NCBI GenBank assembly: GCA_963757705.1
Contig: CAVWTG010000005.1
Coordinates: 9,149 to 73,148 of the forward strand
From: an uncultured Actinomycetes bacterium
GTDB taxonomy: Bacteria > Actinomycetota > Thermoleophilia > Solirubrobacterales > Solirubrobacteraceae
Direction: 5' to 3'
Length of the DNA stretch: 64,000 nucleotides
Shown one piece after another: positions 28,335 through 37,574 of the stretch; position 1 is the stretch's first letter; every line of letters starts with the position of its first letter. A program made the translations under genes and the position numbers. The notes below the pieces were generated by a model, which saw only the letters and a list, made by a program, of their open reading frames with translations, was not told where the DNA came from and did not search any database.

Positions 28335-29741
28335 CTAGCGCGGGTCGATCGGCGTCAGCGTCCCGAGCGCCGTCTCGATCGCCTGCGCCGCGTCGAGGCA
28401 CAGGTCCTCGCGGAAGCGCGGCCCGATCACCTGCACGCCCTGGGGCAGCCCGTTCTCGATCCCGGCCGCCACGGCCGAGGCGGGGAAGCCGAGAAGGTTG
28501 ACCGGCACGATCATCCGCATCCGGTCCACCAGCTCCCGCGCCGCCTCGGGCGTCGCGATGTCGTAGCCGACCTCGAACGGCGGATGGGCGCACGGCGGCG
28601 CGAGCACGAGCGGCGTGTCGCGCATCCACTCTCCCCACTCGCGGCCGATCGCCTCGCGGTCGACGTAGGCCATCCCGTGCGCGGCCGGGTCGAGCGCCGG
28701 CACCTCGGCGAAGACGTGGTCGACGAAGCGCCGCTGCTCGTCGTTTGACACCGGCTCGAGCAGGGGCCAGACCGCGCGGACCTCGGAGATGACGACGTTC
28801 GTCCATATCTCCCCCGCCTCGTCCACACGCGGCGGCTCGCCCTCCACGACCTCCCAGCCCGCGGCGGCCAGGGCGTCGGCGGCGCGGCGCACGCCCGCGG
28901 CGACGTCGGGGTGAACCCCGTCCCACAGCGCCACGGCCACGCGACGGGGCAGCGGCGCGCCCTCCAGCGGCGCCGGCACCTGCCACGGGTCGCGCGCGTC
29001 GGGCGCGCTGATCGGCCCCAGCGCGAGGCGCACGTCGGCGACCGTCCGCGCCATCGGCCCGTTGACGGACATGATCTGGAAGGCCATCGGCCCGTCCAGG
29101 GGAGGCACGCAGGCGGCGTGGCCCACGCGGCCGAAGGTCGGCTTGATCGCCGCCGTGCCGTTCCACTGCGAGGGGATCCGCAGCGATCCGCCGAGGTCGT
29201 TGCCGACGCCCAGCGGCGTCATGCCGGTGGCCAGCGCCGCCGCATCGCCGCCGCTGGAGCCACCCGGCGTCACGGCGGCGTTCCACGGATTGACGGTGTG
29301 GCCGCCGGCGCCGCTGTAGGAGTGCCAGCGCAGGCCCGACTCGGCCAGGTTCGTGCGCCCGATCGGGATCGCGCCCGCGGCGCGCAGGCCGGCCACGCTG
29401 GGCGCGTCGCGCTCGGCGACCGCCTCGACCATCGCCGCCAGGCCACCGGTGGTCGCCGTCCCGGCGACGTCGACGTTCTCCTTGATCGTGAACGGCACGC
29501 CGTGCAGCGGGCCGAGCTCGCCGCCGGCGGAGACCGCGGCGTCGGCCTCGTCGGAAGCCGCGAGCGCCTGCTCGGCGAGCACGACGCGGATCGCGTTGAC
29601 CGCCGGGTTGACCGCCTCGATCCGGGCCAGCAGACCCTCGACCACCTCGCGGCTGGAGACCTCCCTCGCGGCGATCCGGCGCGCCAGCTCGGAGGCGCTC
29701 GCGCTGGCGAGCTCCGGCACGGTGGACGGCGGTGCGCTCAC
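28335..29741 (-). CDS. Amidase-signature family amidase
   Basis: ORF-track 468 aa. Signature motifs are GVPFTIKENVDV and TPGGSSGGDAAALATGMTPLGVGNDLGGSLRIPS. Confidence 0.88.
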   Translation of the reverse strand: MSAPPSTVPELASASASELARRIAAREVSSREVVEGLLARIEAVNPAVNAIRVVLAEQALAASDEADAAVSAGGELGPLHGVPFTIKENVDVAGTATTGGLAAMVEAVAERDAPSVAGLRAAGAIPIGRTNLAESGLRWHSYSGAGGHTVNPWNAAVTPGGSSGGDAAALATGMTPLGVGNDLGGSLRIPSQWNGTAAIKPTFGRVGHAACVPPLDGPMAFQIMSVNGPMARTVADVRLALGPISAPDARDPWQVPAPLEGAPLPRRVAVALWDGVHPDVAAGVRRAADALAAAGWEVVEGEPPRVDEAGEIWTNVVISEVRAVWPLLEPVSNDEQRRFVDHVFAEVPALDPAAHGMAYVDREAIGREWGEWMRDTPLVLAPPCAHPPFEVGYDIATPEAARELVDRMRMIVPVNLLGFPASAVAAGIENGLPQGVQVIGPRFREDLCLDAAQAIETALGTLTPIDPR

Positions 29742-29874
29742 GTGCTGACCCTACCCCACGACGCCCGCCGGGTCGATGCGTACTCCGTAGTCCTCACGGT
29801 TGTGCGAGCACGAGACCACCGTAGCCGCCGCGCCCGCGGCGACCCACAATGGAGGGCGGATCGAAAGGATCACG

Positions 29875-30195
29875 ATGAAGTCACGGCTGACAATCATCAC
29901 GCTCCTCGTCGCCGGCATCCTGCTGATCGGCGCGGGTGCGGCGCTCGGCGTTTCGGGCGTCTCGGGCAGTGGCAGCGCGGGCAGCGCTCAGTACACGACC
30001 GAGACCACGAACACCCAGGCCGTCCTGCCGACCAGCGAGACCTCGCCGCCGACGCAGGGCACGGGACAGGTTTCCTCTGGCGGAAGTGAGGTCCCCTTCA
30101 CCGGCTACGCGGCGATCCCGGTTCTCGTGGCCGGGGTGGCTCTGCTGGGCACCGGACTCGTGGTGCGCCGGCGGACCGTCCGCCGTCTCGACTGA
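29875..30195 (+). CDS. Small secreted Ser/Thr-rich protein with VPFTG sorting-signal-like C-terminus
   Basis: ATG 29875 follows GAAAGGA. Translation is MKSRLTIITLLVAGILLIGAGAALGVSGVSGSGSAGSAQYTTETTNTQAVLPTSETSPPT...EVPFTGYAAIPVLVAGVALLGTGLVVRRR. The layout is motif, then hydrophobic span, then basic tail. It is a paralog of 37178..37528. Confidence 0.7.
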   Translation: MKSRLTIITLLVAGILLIGAGAALGVSGVSGSGSAGSAQYTTETTNTQAVLPTSETSPPTQGTGQVSSGGSEVPFTGYAAIPVLVAGVALLGTGLVVRRRTVRRLD

Positions 30196-30198
30196 CCT

Positions 30199-31713
30199 CT
30201 AGAACGCTCCCTTGCCCCGGAACACGGCGGGGAGCGTCTTGAGGATGATCGTCAGGTCGAGGAACACCGACCACCGCTCGAGGTAGAGGAAGTCGAGGCG
30301 GACGAGGTCGTCGAAGTCGAGCTCCGAGCGCCCCGAGACCTGCCACAGCCCGGTGATCCCGGGCATCACGAGGTAGCGCTTCTTGTGCCAGTCCTCCAGG
30401 CGGTCGAAGTCGCGCTGGGGCAGCGGCCGCGGCCCGACGAGCGACATCTCGCCCCGCAGGACGTTGACCAGCTGCGGCAGCTCGTCGATCGAGAAGCGGC
30501 GCAGGATGCCACCGACGGGCGTCAGGCGAGGATCGCGGCGGATCTTGAACAGCGCGCCGTTGGCCTCGTTGAGCTCCTCGAGCTTGTCCTGCATCTCGTC
30601 GGCGTCCGTGCGCATCGTGCGGAACTTGAAGCAGTCGAACGGCACGCCGCCGATGCCCGGCCGGCGCGAGCGATAGATGAGCGGCCCGCGCGAGGTGAGC
30701 TTGACCAGCAGGGCGCTGATCACCAGCACCGGGCTGAGGACGATGAGCGCGAGCGTCGCCCCGATCACGTCGAAGGTCCGCTTGACCGCGAAGTCGATCC
30801 CCTCGAACACGGGCGGGCGCAGCTCGAAGAGCGGGACGGACTGGCCGGGCACGAGCTCCGCTTGGTGGGTGAGGATCTCCATCGTCGAGGGCGCCACGCG
30901 CACGGTCACGCCGCGCTGGTGGCACTGGTCGACGAGCTCGACGGCGCGGTCCTGGGGGAAGTCCGGGTCGGCGATGATCACCTCGTCGACGCTCGTGCGC
31001 TCCAGCACCTCCGCCAGGTCGCCGATCTGGCCGAGCGAGCGCAGGCCGTTGTCGGGCCGCGGGTTGAGCGAGATGTAGCCCACGAGCTGGAGGCGCTGCC
31101 CCGAGTCGGTCAGCGCGTGGCCGACCGCCTCGATGTGCTTGCCCGAGCCGACCAGGATGGCTCGCCGGTGATAACCCGCCGCCCGCAGCAGGACCCCCGT
31201 CGCCCGCTCGTAGGCGAAGCGCAGGGAGCCGACGTAGACGGTGGCGAAGAACAGCGAGGCGTAGAACACGTAGTAGCTGGAGAACCGCTGCCCGCTCAGC
31301 AGCGCGAAGAGCAGCGCCACGACGGTCGTCTGGAACAGCGAGGCGACGATCCGCGGGAGGCCCGGCCGCTCCGCCCGGGCCCCGTACAGCCCCGAGCGGG
31401 CGAAGAGCAGCGCCGTGACCAGATAGCCGAACGCCACCGTGCGGCGGGTCTCGTGCAGGACGGCGCCCAGGCTCGAGTCCCCCCGGACCTCGGACTTGAT
31501 GATCAGCGCCGTGAAGACGGCGGCGTAGAGCCCGACGAAGTCGAGCACGAGCAGCGAGGCGACGCGCGAGACCCGGCGCAGCGTCTCCATCCGCAGCAGG
31601 AACGAGAGCGCGGCCGGCCGCTTGCGGCGGACATCGCGCTCGGGCAGGCGGATCTGGCGCGCCTCAGGGCGTGCGGGGGCCTCGTCGGTGAGTTCCGCGC
31701 CTCCGTCAGCCAT
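30199..31713 (-). CDS. Polyprenyl-phosphate hexose-1-phosphate transferase (WbaP/WcaJ-type priming transferase)
   Basis: ORF-track 504 aa. N-terminal TM spans and a central Rossmann-like domain (AILVGSGKHIEAV) precede the sugar-transferase domain: KRTFDVIGATLALIVLSPVLV...FKFRTMRTDAD...DPRLTPVGGILRRFSIDELPQLVNVLRGEMSLVGPRP. Confidence 0.9.
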   Translation of the reverse strand: MADGGAELTDEAPARPEARQIRLPERDVRRKRPAALSFLLRMETLRRVSRVASLLVLDFVGLYAAVFTALIIKSEVRGDSSLGAVLHETRRTVAFGYLVTALLFARSGLYGARAERPGLPRIVASLFQTTVVALLFALLSGQRFSSYYVFYASLFFATVYVGSLRFAYERATGVLLRAAGYHRRAILVGSGKHIEAVGHALTDSGQRLQLVGYISLNPRPDNGLRSLGQIGDLAEVLERTSVDEVIIADPDFPQDRAVELVDQCHQRGVTVRVAPSTMEILTHQAELVPGQSVPLFELRPPVFEGIDFAVKRTFDVIGATLALIVLSPVLVISALLVKLTSRGPLIYRSRRPGIGGVPFDCFKFRTMRTDADEMQDKLEELNEANGALFKIRRDPRLTPVGGILRRFSIDELPQLVNVLRGEMSLVGPRPLPQRDFDRLEDWHKKRYLVMPGITGLWQVSGRSELDFDDLVRLDFLYLERWSVFLDLTIILKTLPAVFRGKGAF

Positions 31714-31776
31714 GCGATCCCTAAAACGTTGCTCCCTGCGGTGAGTAGCGGTTTTCCCCCGGCCCGCCGCCCCGAC

Positions 31777-32724
31777 CTAGGGTCCGGCGCCGACGAGCTG
31801 CTCGACCCCGGAGGCCTCGATCGTACGCTTCAGCCCCTCGCGAAGGTCGATCTGGGGCTCCCACCCCAGCTTCTCGCGGGCCAGCCTGATGTCGGGCTGG
31901 CGCACCTGAGGATCATCGGTCGGCAGGGCCTCGAACACGATCTCCGAACGCGAACCTGTCACCTCGATCACCACCTTGGCCAGCTCCAGGAGCGTGTACT
32001 CCGTCGGGTTGCCGATGTTCACCGGATGGTGGTACCCCGATTCCGACAGGGCGATCAGCCCCCGGACGAGGTCGTCGACGAAGCAGAACGACCGGGTCTG
32101 GGACCCGTCTCCGAACACCGTGAGCGGCTTGTCCTGGAGCGCCTGGCGCAGGAACGTCGGGATCGCGCGGCCGTCGTGCGGGCGCATGCGCCCGCCGTAG
32201 GTGTTGAAGATGCGCACGATCGCCGTGTCCACGCCCTGCTGGCGGTGGTAGGCCATGGTCAGCGCCTCGGCGTAGCGCTTGGCCTCGTCATAGACGCCGC
32301 GCGGGCCGATCGGGTTGACGTGCCCCCAGTAGCTCTCGGGCTGCGGATGGACCTGCGGATCGCCGTAGACCTCGCTGGTGGAGGCCAGCAGGAAGCGCGC
32401 GCGCTTGTGCTTGGCCAGCCCCACCGTGTGATGGGTCCCGTGGGACCCGACCTTCAGCGTGTGCAGCGGCAGGCGCAGGTAGTCGATCGGCGACGCGGGC
32501 GACGCCAGGTGGTAGACGAAGTCGACGGGCTCGTCGACGAAGAACGGCTCGACGATGTCGTAGTTGAGATGGACGAAGCCGGGGTCGCGCAGGTGCTCGA
32601 TGTTGGCGAGCGAACCAGTCTCCAGGTTGTCGACGCAGATGACGCGGTTCGACCGCCGGAGCAGCTCTTCGCACAGATGCGAGCCCAGGAACCCGGCACC
32701 CCCAGTTACCAGGCAGGTCGGCAT
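31777..32724 (-). CDS. UDP-glucuronate decarboxylase-like SDR (UDP-xylose synthase family)
   Basis: ORF-track 315 aa: [19 protein letters not shown]...[42 protein letters not shown]...[10 protein letters not shown]...[16 protein letters not shown]. Confidence 0.85.
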   Translation of the reverse strand: MPTCLVTGGAGFLGSHLCEELLRRSNRVICVDNLETGSLANIEHLRDPGFVHLNYDIVEPFFVDEPVDFVYHLASPASPIDYLRLPLHTLKVGSHGTHHTVGLAKHKRARFLLASTSEVYGDPQVHPQPESYWGHVNPIGPRGVYDEAKRYAEALTMAYHRQQGVDTAIVRIFNTYGGRMRPHDGRAIPTFLRQALQDKPLTVFGDGSQTRSFCFVDDLVRGLIALSESGYHHPVNIGNPTEYTLLELAKVVIEVTGSRSEIVFEALPTDDPQVRQPDIRLAREKLGWEPQIDLREGLKRTIEASGVEQLVGAGP

Positions 32725-32827
32725 GCGCTGGAGGATACTGGGGAAACCCTGGGCTTCACGCCGGACCCCGCCGATCCGGCGGGTGTAATTACCGCCCGAA
32801 CCTGCCGATAAGACACAGACCGCCCCG

Positions 32828-35800
32828 ATGGCCAGCGCTCAGCCGACATTCCGCCCCGAGCGGTTCGAGTACATCCCGACCACGCCGATGCACGCCCTCT
32901 TGCGCGTGCGCGGGCAGTGGAGCGGCCGGACGGGCACGCCCGGAGCGCCGCTGCTGCTGGCCCAGCGCGGCGACCGCCTGCACCGCTTCGCGCCGCTCGA
33001 CCCCGCCGAGGCGCTCATCACCGCCGCGGCCGGGGCCGGCGCCTGGCGCGCCGCCTACGCCGTGCCGCTCGACCTGGTCGAGGACCACAGCGCCCAGTTC
33101 ATGCTCGAGGCGGGCGAGGGCCAGCGCACCGACCTGCCCGCTCCGATGGACCCGACCGCGGCCGGCCGCGCGATGCTTCAGGAGCGCCGCGCGACGCCCG
33201 ACCGCCGCCGGCTGGATCGCCGCGGCGGCCCGGACGCCCCCGAGGGAACCGAGCGCCGCGAGGACGACCGCCGCCAGGTCCTGGATCGCCGGCGCCGGCG
33301 CTCGCAGGCCGAGCTCGCGGTCTTCAAGGCCACGATCCTTGCGCTCGAGTCGCAGGTCACCGAGGTCGAGGGCGCCCGGCGGGCGCTGCTCGAGGCCCAG
33401 CGCGCACTCGAGGACAAGCTGGAGCGCGCGCAGGCCGCGCGCGAGGAGTCCGACGAGGCCGCCGCCCGCCAGGGCGAGGAGGCCGGCGCCGCCGCCCAGC
33501 GAGCTGCGGAGCTCGAGGCCCGCGCCGCCGAGGCCACGCAGCGGGTCGGCGAGCTGAGCGAGGCGCTGTCGGCCGCCGACCGGCGGGCCTCCGAGCTCGA
33601 GACCGAGGCCCAGGACTCCCGCGGCCGGGCGGGCGAGCTCGACGCGAGCCTGGCCGAGACGCGGGACACCGTGTCGCGCCTGGGCTCCGAGCGAGACTCG
33701 CTCGCCGCCCGCCTCGAGCAGGTCAGCGCCGAGCGGCAGGCGCACGCCGAGGAGTTCGAGCGCGAGCGCCGCCGCCTTCACCTGCACCGTCAGGAGGCCG
33801 AGGCGGCCGCGCACGCCGCGCAGACCGATGCGCAGGAGGCTCACGCCCGCGCCGACGAGGCCGAGCGGGTGAGCGCCCAGCGCGAGACCGCCCAGGCCGA
33901 GGCCGAGGAGCGCGCCGCGCTCTTCGAGGCGGCCGCCACCGATGCTGAGCGCCGCGCCGGCGAGGCGGCCGGACTGGCGACCGAGGCCGACGAGCGGGCG
34001 GCCGACGCCGAGCGCCGGGCCTCCGAGGCCGACGAGCGCGCCACCGCGCTCGACGCCCGCGCCACCGAGGCCGAGCAGCGCGCCGCGCAGGCCGACGCGC
34101 GCGCCACGGAGGCCGAGGTCCGCGTCGCCGACGCCCAGCGGCGCACCGGCGAGGCCGAGGCGCAGGCCCGCAGCGCGCAGACCCGCGCCGCCGAGGCCGA
34201 GCAGCTGACGACAGAGCTCGAGGCTCGCGCCGCCCAGGCGCGCGAGGGAGTCGAGCAGGCCGACCGGCGCACCCGCGTCCTCGAGGGGCGGGCGACCGAG
34301 GCCGAGGAGCGCGCGACCGCGGCGGAGACCCGCGTGCAGGAGGCCGAGCGCGAGGCGCTCGTCGCCGCCGAGCGCGCGACGGTGGTGGAGGCCCGGGCGA
34401 CCGACGCCGAGCAGCGCGCGGCGATCGCGCAGGCGGCCGCGGACGAGGCCGAGCAGCGGGCTCAGAGCGCGACCGAGCGGGCCGAGGAGGCCGACGCGCG
34501 CGCCGCCGGCGCCGAGACCCGGGCGGGCGAGATGGAGCAGCGCGCGGCCGCGGGCGAGGCGCGCGCCCAGGAGATGGAGCAGCGCGCGGCCGAGGCGCAG
34601 AGCCGAGCCGACGAGGCCGACCAGCGCGCGGCCGGCGCGCACGCCCGCGCGAACGAGGCCGAGCAGCGCGCCGCCGAGGCCGAGGCCCGGGCGAACGCCG
34701 CCGACGACCGCGCCATGACCCTCGAGGAGCGCGCCTCCGCCGCCCAGCAGCGCGCGGCCGCGCTCGAGGCCGACCTCGCCCAGGCCCGCGACGAGGCGGC
34801 GTCGGCCGAGACCCGGGCGGCCCAGACCGAGCAGCGGGCGATGACGGCCGAGAGCCGGGTGCTCGAGGCCCACCAGCGCATCGTGGAGGCCGAGGAGCGG
34901 GCCGCCGCCCTCCAGGCGCAGGTGGCCGAGACCCAGCAGGCCGCCGGTGCCCTGGAGAAGCGCGCCCTCGCCGCGCAGGAGCGCGGCGCCGAGCTTCAGG
35001 CCCAGGCGGCCGAGGCCCAGCAGGCGGCCGCCGACCTGGAGCACCGGACCGCCGAGGCCGAGCAGCGCGCCGACGCGCTCGAGGCTCGCGCCACGCAGGC
35101 CGCCGAGCAGGCCGAGCAGAAGGCCGCCGACCTCGAGGCCGGGCTGGCCGAGGCCCGGCAGGGCGCAGAGGCTGAGGAGGCGCGCGCCACGCAGGCCGAG
35201 GGGACCGCCGCCGAGGCCGAGTCGCGCCTGGCCGAGGCCCAGCAGGAGGCCGAAGGCCTGCGCGCCCAGATCCACGAGGACGACGAGCGCGTCCGCCGCC
35301 TCCAGACGCTGCTCGAGCGGGCCGAGAGCAGCACGCTCAGCGCGGCCGCCGCCGCCAGCGAGGCCGACGAGCGAGCCGAGACGGCCGAGGCCAAGGCGGC
35401 GACGCTCGAGGCGTCGCTGGCCGACGCCCTGCGCCGCGCTGCCCAGCGTGAGGACTCGGCGCAAACGCACCGCGAGGCGCTGGCCGCCGAGGAGGAGCGC
35501 TCGTCAGCGCTCGAGGCGGCGACCGAGGATGCTCTGCAGGCGGTGGGGGACGCGCGCGCCGCCCTCGAGAGCGCCGAGAGCCGGGCCGCCGAGCTCTCCG
35601 CCCAGCGTGAGGAGCTGGCCGCAGCGCGCGATGAGGTGTCCGCCCGGGCCGACGCGCTGGCCGCCGAGCTCGAGTCGGTCCGCGACGAGCGCGACGCGCT
35701 CGAGGCCCGGGCCACCGCGGCCGAGGGGCGACCGCCGGCGCCCGCGGACGACGCGGCCCTCGCCGAGGCGCAGCGCTCCCGGGAGGAGGCCGAGCAGCGG

Positions 35801-36187
35801 ATGCGAGACCTTCAGGCGGAGCTGGCGGCGATGCGCCGCGCGGCCCGCGGGGCCGCCGAGCGGCGCTCCCGGCGCCCCGAGGCGCGTGAGGGGCGGGGCG
35901 GGGAGCGCGAGGGCCGGCGCGGGGAGCGTGAGCGCCGCCAGGCCGAGCAGCGCATCGCGACCCTCGAGCGGCGCCTGCGCTACGGCAGCTCCACGCTTCA
36001 GGCCGCCGTCGCCGAGGAGGCCGCGCTGCGCGAGCGTGTCGAGGCTCTCGCTCGCCGCCCGAGCGGGCGCGGCGACGCCGAGTCCCAGCGGGAGGCCGCG
36101 GACCTGATGGCCCGGCTCGACGCCCACGAGGACTACGTCGAGGGCGTGCAGGCCGCGCTCGCCGACGGGCGCGACGACCCGCGCTGA
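32828..36187 (+). CDS. 1119-aa Ala/Glu/Arg-rich coiled-coil protein with small N-terminal globular domain
   Basis: ORF-track 1119 aa. About 110 non-repetitive residues and an Arg/Asp-rich stretch are followed by roughly 900 residues of unbroken helical heptads. Confidence 0.8.
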   Translation: MASAQPTFRPERFEYIPTTPMHALLRVRGQWSGRTGTPGAPLLLAQRGDRLHRFAPLDPAEALITAAAGAGAWRAAYAVPLDLVEDHSAQFMLEAGEGQRTDLPAPMDPTAAGRAMLQERRATPDRRRLDRRGGPDAPEGTERREDDRRQVLDRRRRRSQAELAVFKATILALESQVTEVEGARRALLEAQRALEDKLERAQAAREESDEAAARQGEEAGAAAQRAAELEARAAEATQRVGELSEALSAADRRASELETEAQDSRGRAGELDASLAETRDTVSRLGSERDSLAARLEQVSAERQAHAEEFERERRRLHLHRQEAEAAAHAAQTDAQEAHARADEAERVSAQRETAQAEAEERAALFEAAATDAERRAGEAAGLATEADERAADAERRASEADERATALDARATEAEQRAAQADARATEAEVRVADAQRRTGEAEAQARSAQTRAAEAEQLTTELEARAAQAREGVEQADRRTRVLEGRATEAEERATAAETRVQEAEREALVAAERATVVEARATDAEQRAAIAQAAADEAEQRAQSATERAEEADARAAGAETRAGEMEQRAAAGEARAQEMEQRAAEAQSRADEADQRAAGAHARANEAEQRAAEAEARANAADDRAMTLEERASAAQQRAAALEADLAQARDEAASAETRAAQTEQRAMTAESRVLEAHQRIVEAEERAAALQAQVAETQQAAGALEKRALAAQERGAELQAQAAEAQQAAADLEHRTAEAEQRADALEARATQAAEQAEQKAADLEAGLAEARQGAEAEEARATQAEGTAAEAESRLAEAQQEAEGLRAQIHEDDERVRRLQTLLERAESSTLSAAAAASEADERAETAEAKAATLEASLADALRRAAQREDSAQTHREALAAEEERSSALEAATEDALQAVGDARAALESAESRAAELSAQREELAAARDEVSARADALAAELESVRDERDALEARATAAEGRPPAPADDAALAEAQRSREEAEQRMRDLQAELAAMRRAARGAAERRSRRPEAREGRGGEREGRRGERERRQAEQRIATLERRLRYGSSTLQAAVAEEAALRERVEALARRPSGRGDAESQREAADLMARLDAHEDYVEGVQAALADGRDDPR
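33900..35280 (+). repeat. Degenerate 21-nt (heptad) tandem periodicity inside the coiled-coil gene
   Basis: Translated heptads stay in register for more than 50 units: [49 protein letters not shown] ... [14 protein letters not shown]. The consensus is x-A-E/D-x-R-A-x. Boundaries are approximate. Confidence 0.7.
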
Positions 36188-36193
36188 GGAGTG

Positions 36194-36466
36194 CTACTGG
36201 CCGCCCGAGGGCGCCGGCCCGACGGGAAACCACTGCTGGGAGCTGAGCTGGCTCGCCTCGACCCAGATCGGCGCGGGCTTGCTCTCGTCGCTCACCAGGT
36301 AGAGGAGGTCGGGCGCGGAGTCGCCCAGCCCGGAGCGCCGGCGCTGCCCGCCCCCGTCGTCCTCGCGCCACCCCAGCGCGAGCACGATGCCGCGGAAGGA
36401 GTCGCGCTGACTGCGCCCCTCGACGAGAAGCATGCGGTTGACGGGTACGACGTTGAAGTCCGGCAT
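36194..36466 (-). CDS. Small hypothetical protein downstream of ECF sigma factor
   Basis: ORF-track 90 aa (MPDFNVVPVNRMLLVEGRSQRDSF...) with strong third-position G/C bias. It starts 6 nt after the sigma-factor stop and has no TM segment. Confidence 0.5.
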   Translation of the reverse strand: MPDFNVVPVNRMLLVEGRSQRDSFRGIVLALGWREDDGGGQRRRSGLGDSAPDLLYLVSDESKPAPIWVEASQLSSQQWFPVGPAPSGGQ

Positions 36467-36471
36467 GAGCC

Positions 36472-36966
36472 CTAGGCCTCCTCCTCGAGGCAGTCTCTCA
36501 GTTTGCGAAGGGCCCGGTAAACCCTTCCTTCGACGGTCGTCATGGGCTCTCCCGTGAGCTTGGCGATCTCCTTGAGCGTGAGGTCGCCGCCGAAGCGCAG
36601 GGAGATCGCCTCGCGCTCCTCGTCGGACAGGACCTCCAGGGCCTCGGAGACGGTCTGGCGCGCCTCGATGCGCTCGATCGCCGACTCGTCGTGCTCCGAA
36701 TGCCCCGCCGACAGGCGTCCCACGGCCCGCTCCTCGGCCCCCGAGCGCCGGAGCTGGTCGCGCAGGCGGTTGAGCGCGATGGAGTACAGCCAGGTCTTCT
36801 CGCTCCCACGCCGGCGGTCGAAGCCCCGCCGGGCCTTGAGGGCCCGCTCGAAGGTGTCCGCCACGACATCCTCGGCCAGCGCGCGGTCGCCCGTGCGGTA
36901 GACGAGGAAGGCGAACAGCGCCTGGGCGTGCTCCTCGTACAGGCGCTCGAAATCACCCGATCGCAT
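36472..36966 (-). CDS. ECF-type RNA polymerase sigma-70 family factor
   Basis: The real start is ATG 36966 (MRSGDFERLYEEHAQALFAFLVYRTGDRALAEDVVADTFERAL), which covers region 2. Region 4 is LSDEEREAISLRFGGDLTLKEIAKLTGEPMTTVEGRVYRALRKL. It is the last 164 codons of track ORF 36472..37371. Confidence 0.88.
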   Translation of the reverse strand: MRSGDFERLYEEHAQALFAFLVYRTGDRALAEDVVADTFERALKARRGFDRRRGSEKTWLYSIALNRLRDQLRRSGAEERAVGRLSAGHSEHDESAIERIEARQTVSEALEVLSDEEREAISLRFGGDLTLKEIAKLTGEPMTTVEGRVYRALRKLRDCLEEEA

Positions 36967-36985
36967 CTCGCAGAGATTCCCGGTC

Positions 36986-37010
36986 GGAAACTTGTGTCCT
37001 GGTCCGTATA
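36986..37010 (+). promoter_or_regulatory. ECF-promoter-like element (GGAAAC-N13-CGTATA) upstream of the divergent membrane-protein gene
   Basis: GGAAAC lies at 36986-36991 and CGTATA at 37005-37010. These resemble ECF -35/-10 motifs, but the spacer is about 3 nt shorter than the usual 16-17 nt, so this is speculative. Confidence 0.2.
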
Positions 37011-37018
37011 AGGCTGTG

Positions 37019-37528
37019 ATGGACCGCAATGACCAGGAGCGCATCCCCGCCGAGCTGGCCGACGTCGCGCAAAGACTGCACGACGAGCGGCCGCAAATGA
37101 CGGCTTTGGAGCTTGACCAGATCAAGCTCCGTGCCCGTTCCTCCGATCGGCGGAAGGCGCACAGAAGGGAACCATTCATGAGATCACGTCTGGCCATCAC
37201 CTCGATGCTCGTCGTCGGGGTCCTGATGAGCGGTGCGGGCGCGGGCCTGGCCGTCTCGGGTGTTTCGGGCGCCGGCAGCGCCGGTAGCGCGCAGTACCCG
37301 ACTGAGACGACCGACACGCAGACGGTCCTCCCGACCACGGAGACCAACCCGCCCACGGATACCACGGACACGAACCCGTCGCAGGAGACCCGTCAGGTCT
37401 CGTCCAACGACAGCAGCCAGCTGCCGTTCACGGGCTATGCGGCGATTCCGGTCCTGCTCATCGGCCTCTCACTGCTGGGTGTCGGCGTTGTGATGCGCCG
37501 CCGCGTGGCCGACCGTCGTCAGAACTGA
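37019..37528 (+). CDS. Membrane/secreted Ser/Thr-rich protein with LPFTG sorting-signal-like C-terminus; possible N-terminal cytoplasmic extension
   Basis: The paralog-matching part starts at ATG 37178, preceded by GAAGGGA: MRSRLAITSMLVVGVLMSGAGAGLAVSGVSGAGSAGSAQYPTETTDTQTVLPTTETNPPT...QLPFTGYAAIPVLLIGLSLLGVGVVMRRR. The in-frame upstream ATG 37019 would add 53 aa with coding-like third-position bias (MDRNDQERIPAELADVAQRLHDERPQMTALELDQIKLRARS...). Confidence 0.65.
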   Translation: MDRNDQERIPAELADVAQRLHDERPQMTALELDQIKLRARSSDRRKAHRREPFMRSRLAITSMLVVGVLMSGAGAGLAVSGVSGAGSAGSAQYPTETTDTQTVLPTTETNPPTDTTDTNPSQETRQVSSNDSSQLPFTGYAAIPVLLIGLSLLGVGVVMRRRVADRRQN

Positions 37529-37574
37529 TCTGACGTAGGTCGAAGCAGCTTCGAGGGCCCGTCTCTCCCGGCAT

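Noticed and set aside
32789-35470. 893-aa minus-strand ORF antisense to the coiled-coil gene
   Set aside because: It is a mirror artefact of the GCC/GAG/CGC-rich heptad codons, whose reverse complements (GGC/CTC/GCG) never form stops. The product is Gly/Leu/Arg low-complexity sequence. The sense ORF has a proper start, a non-repetitive N-domain and a coherent heptad register.
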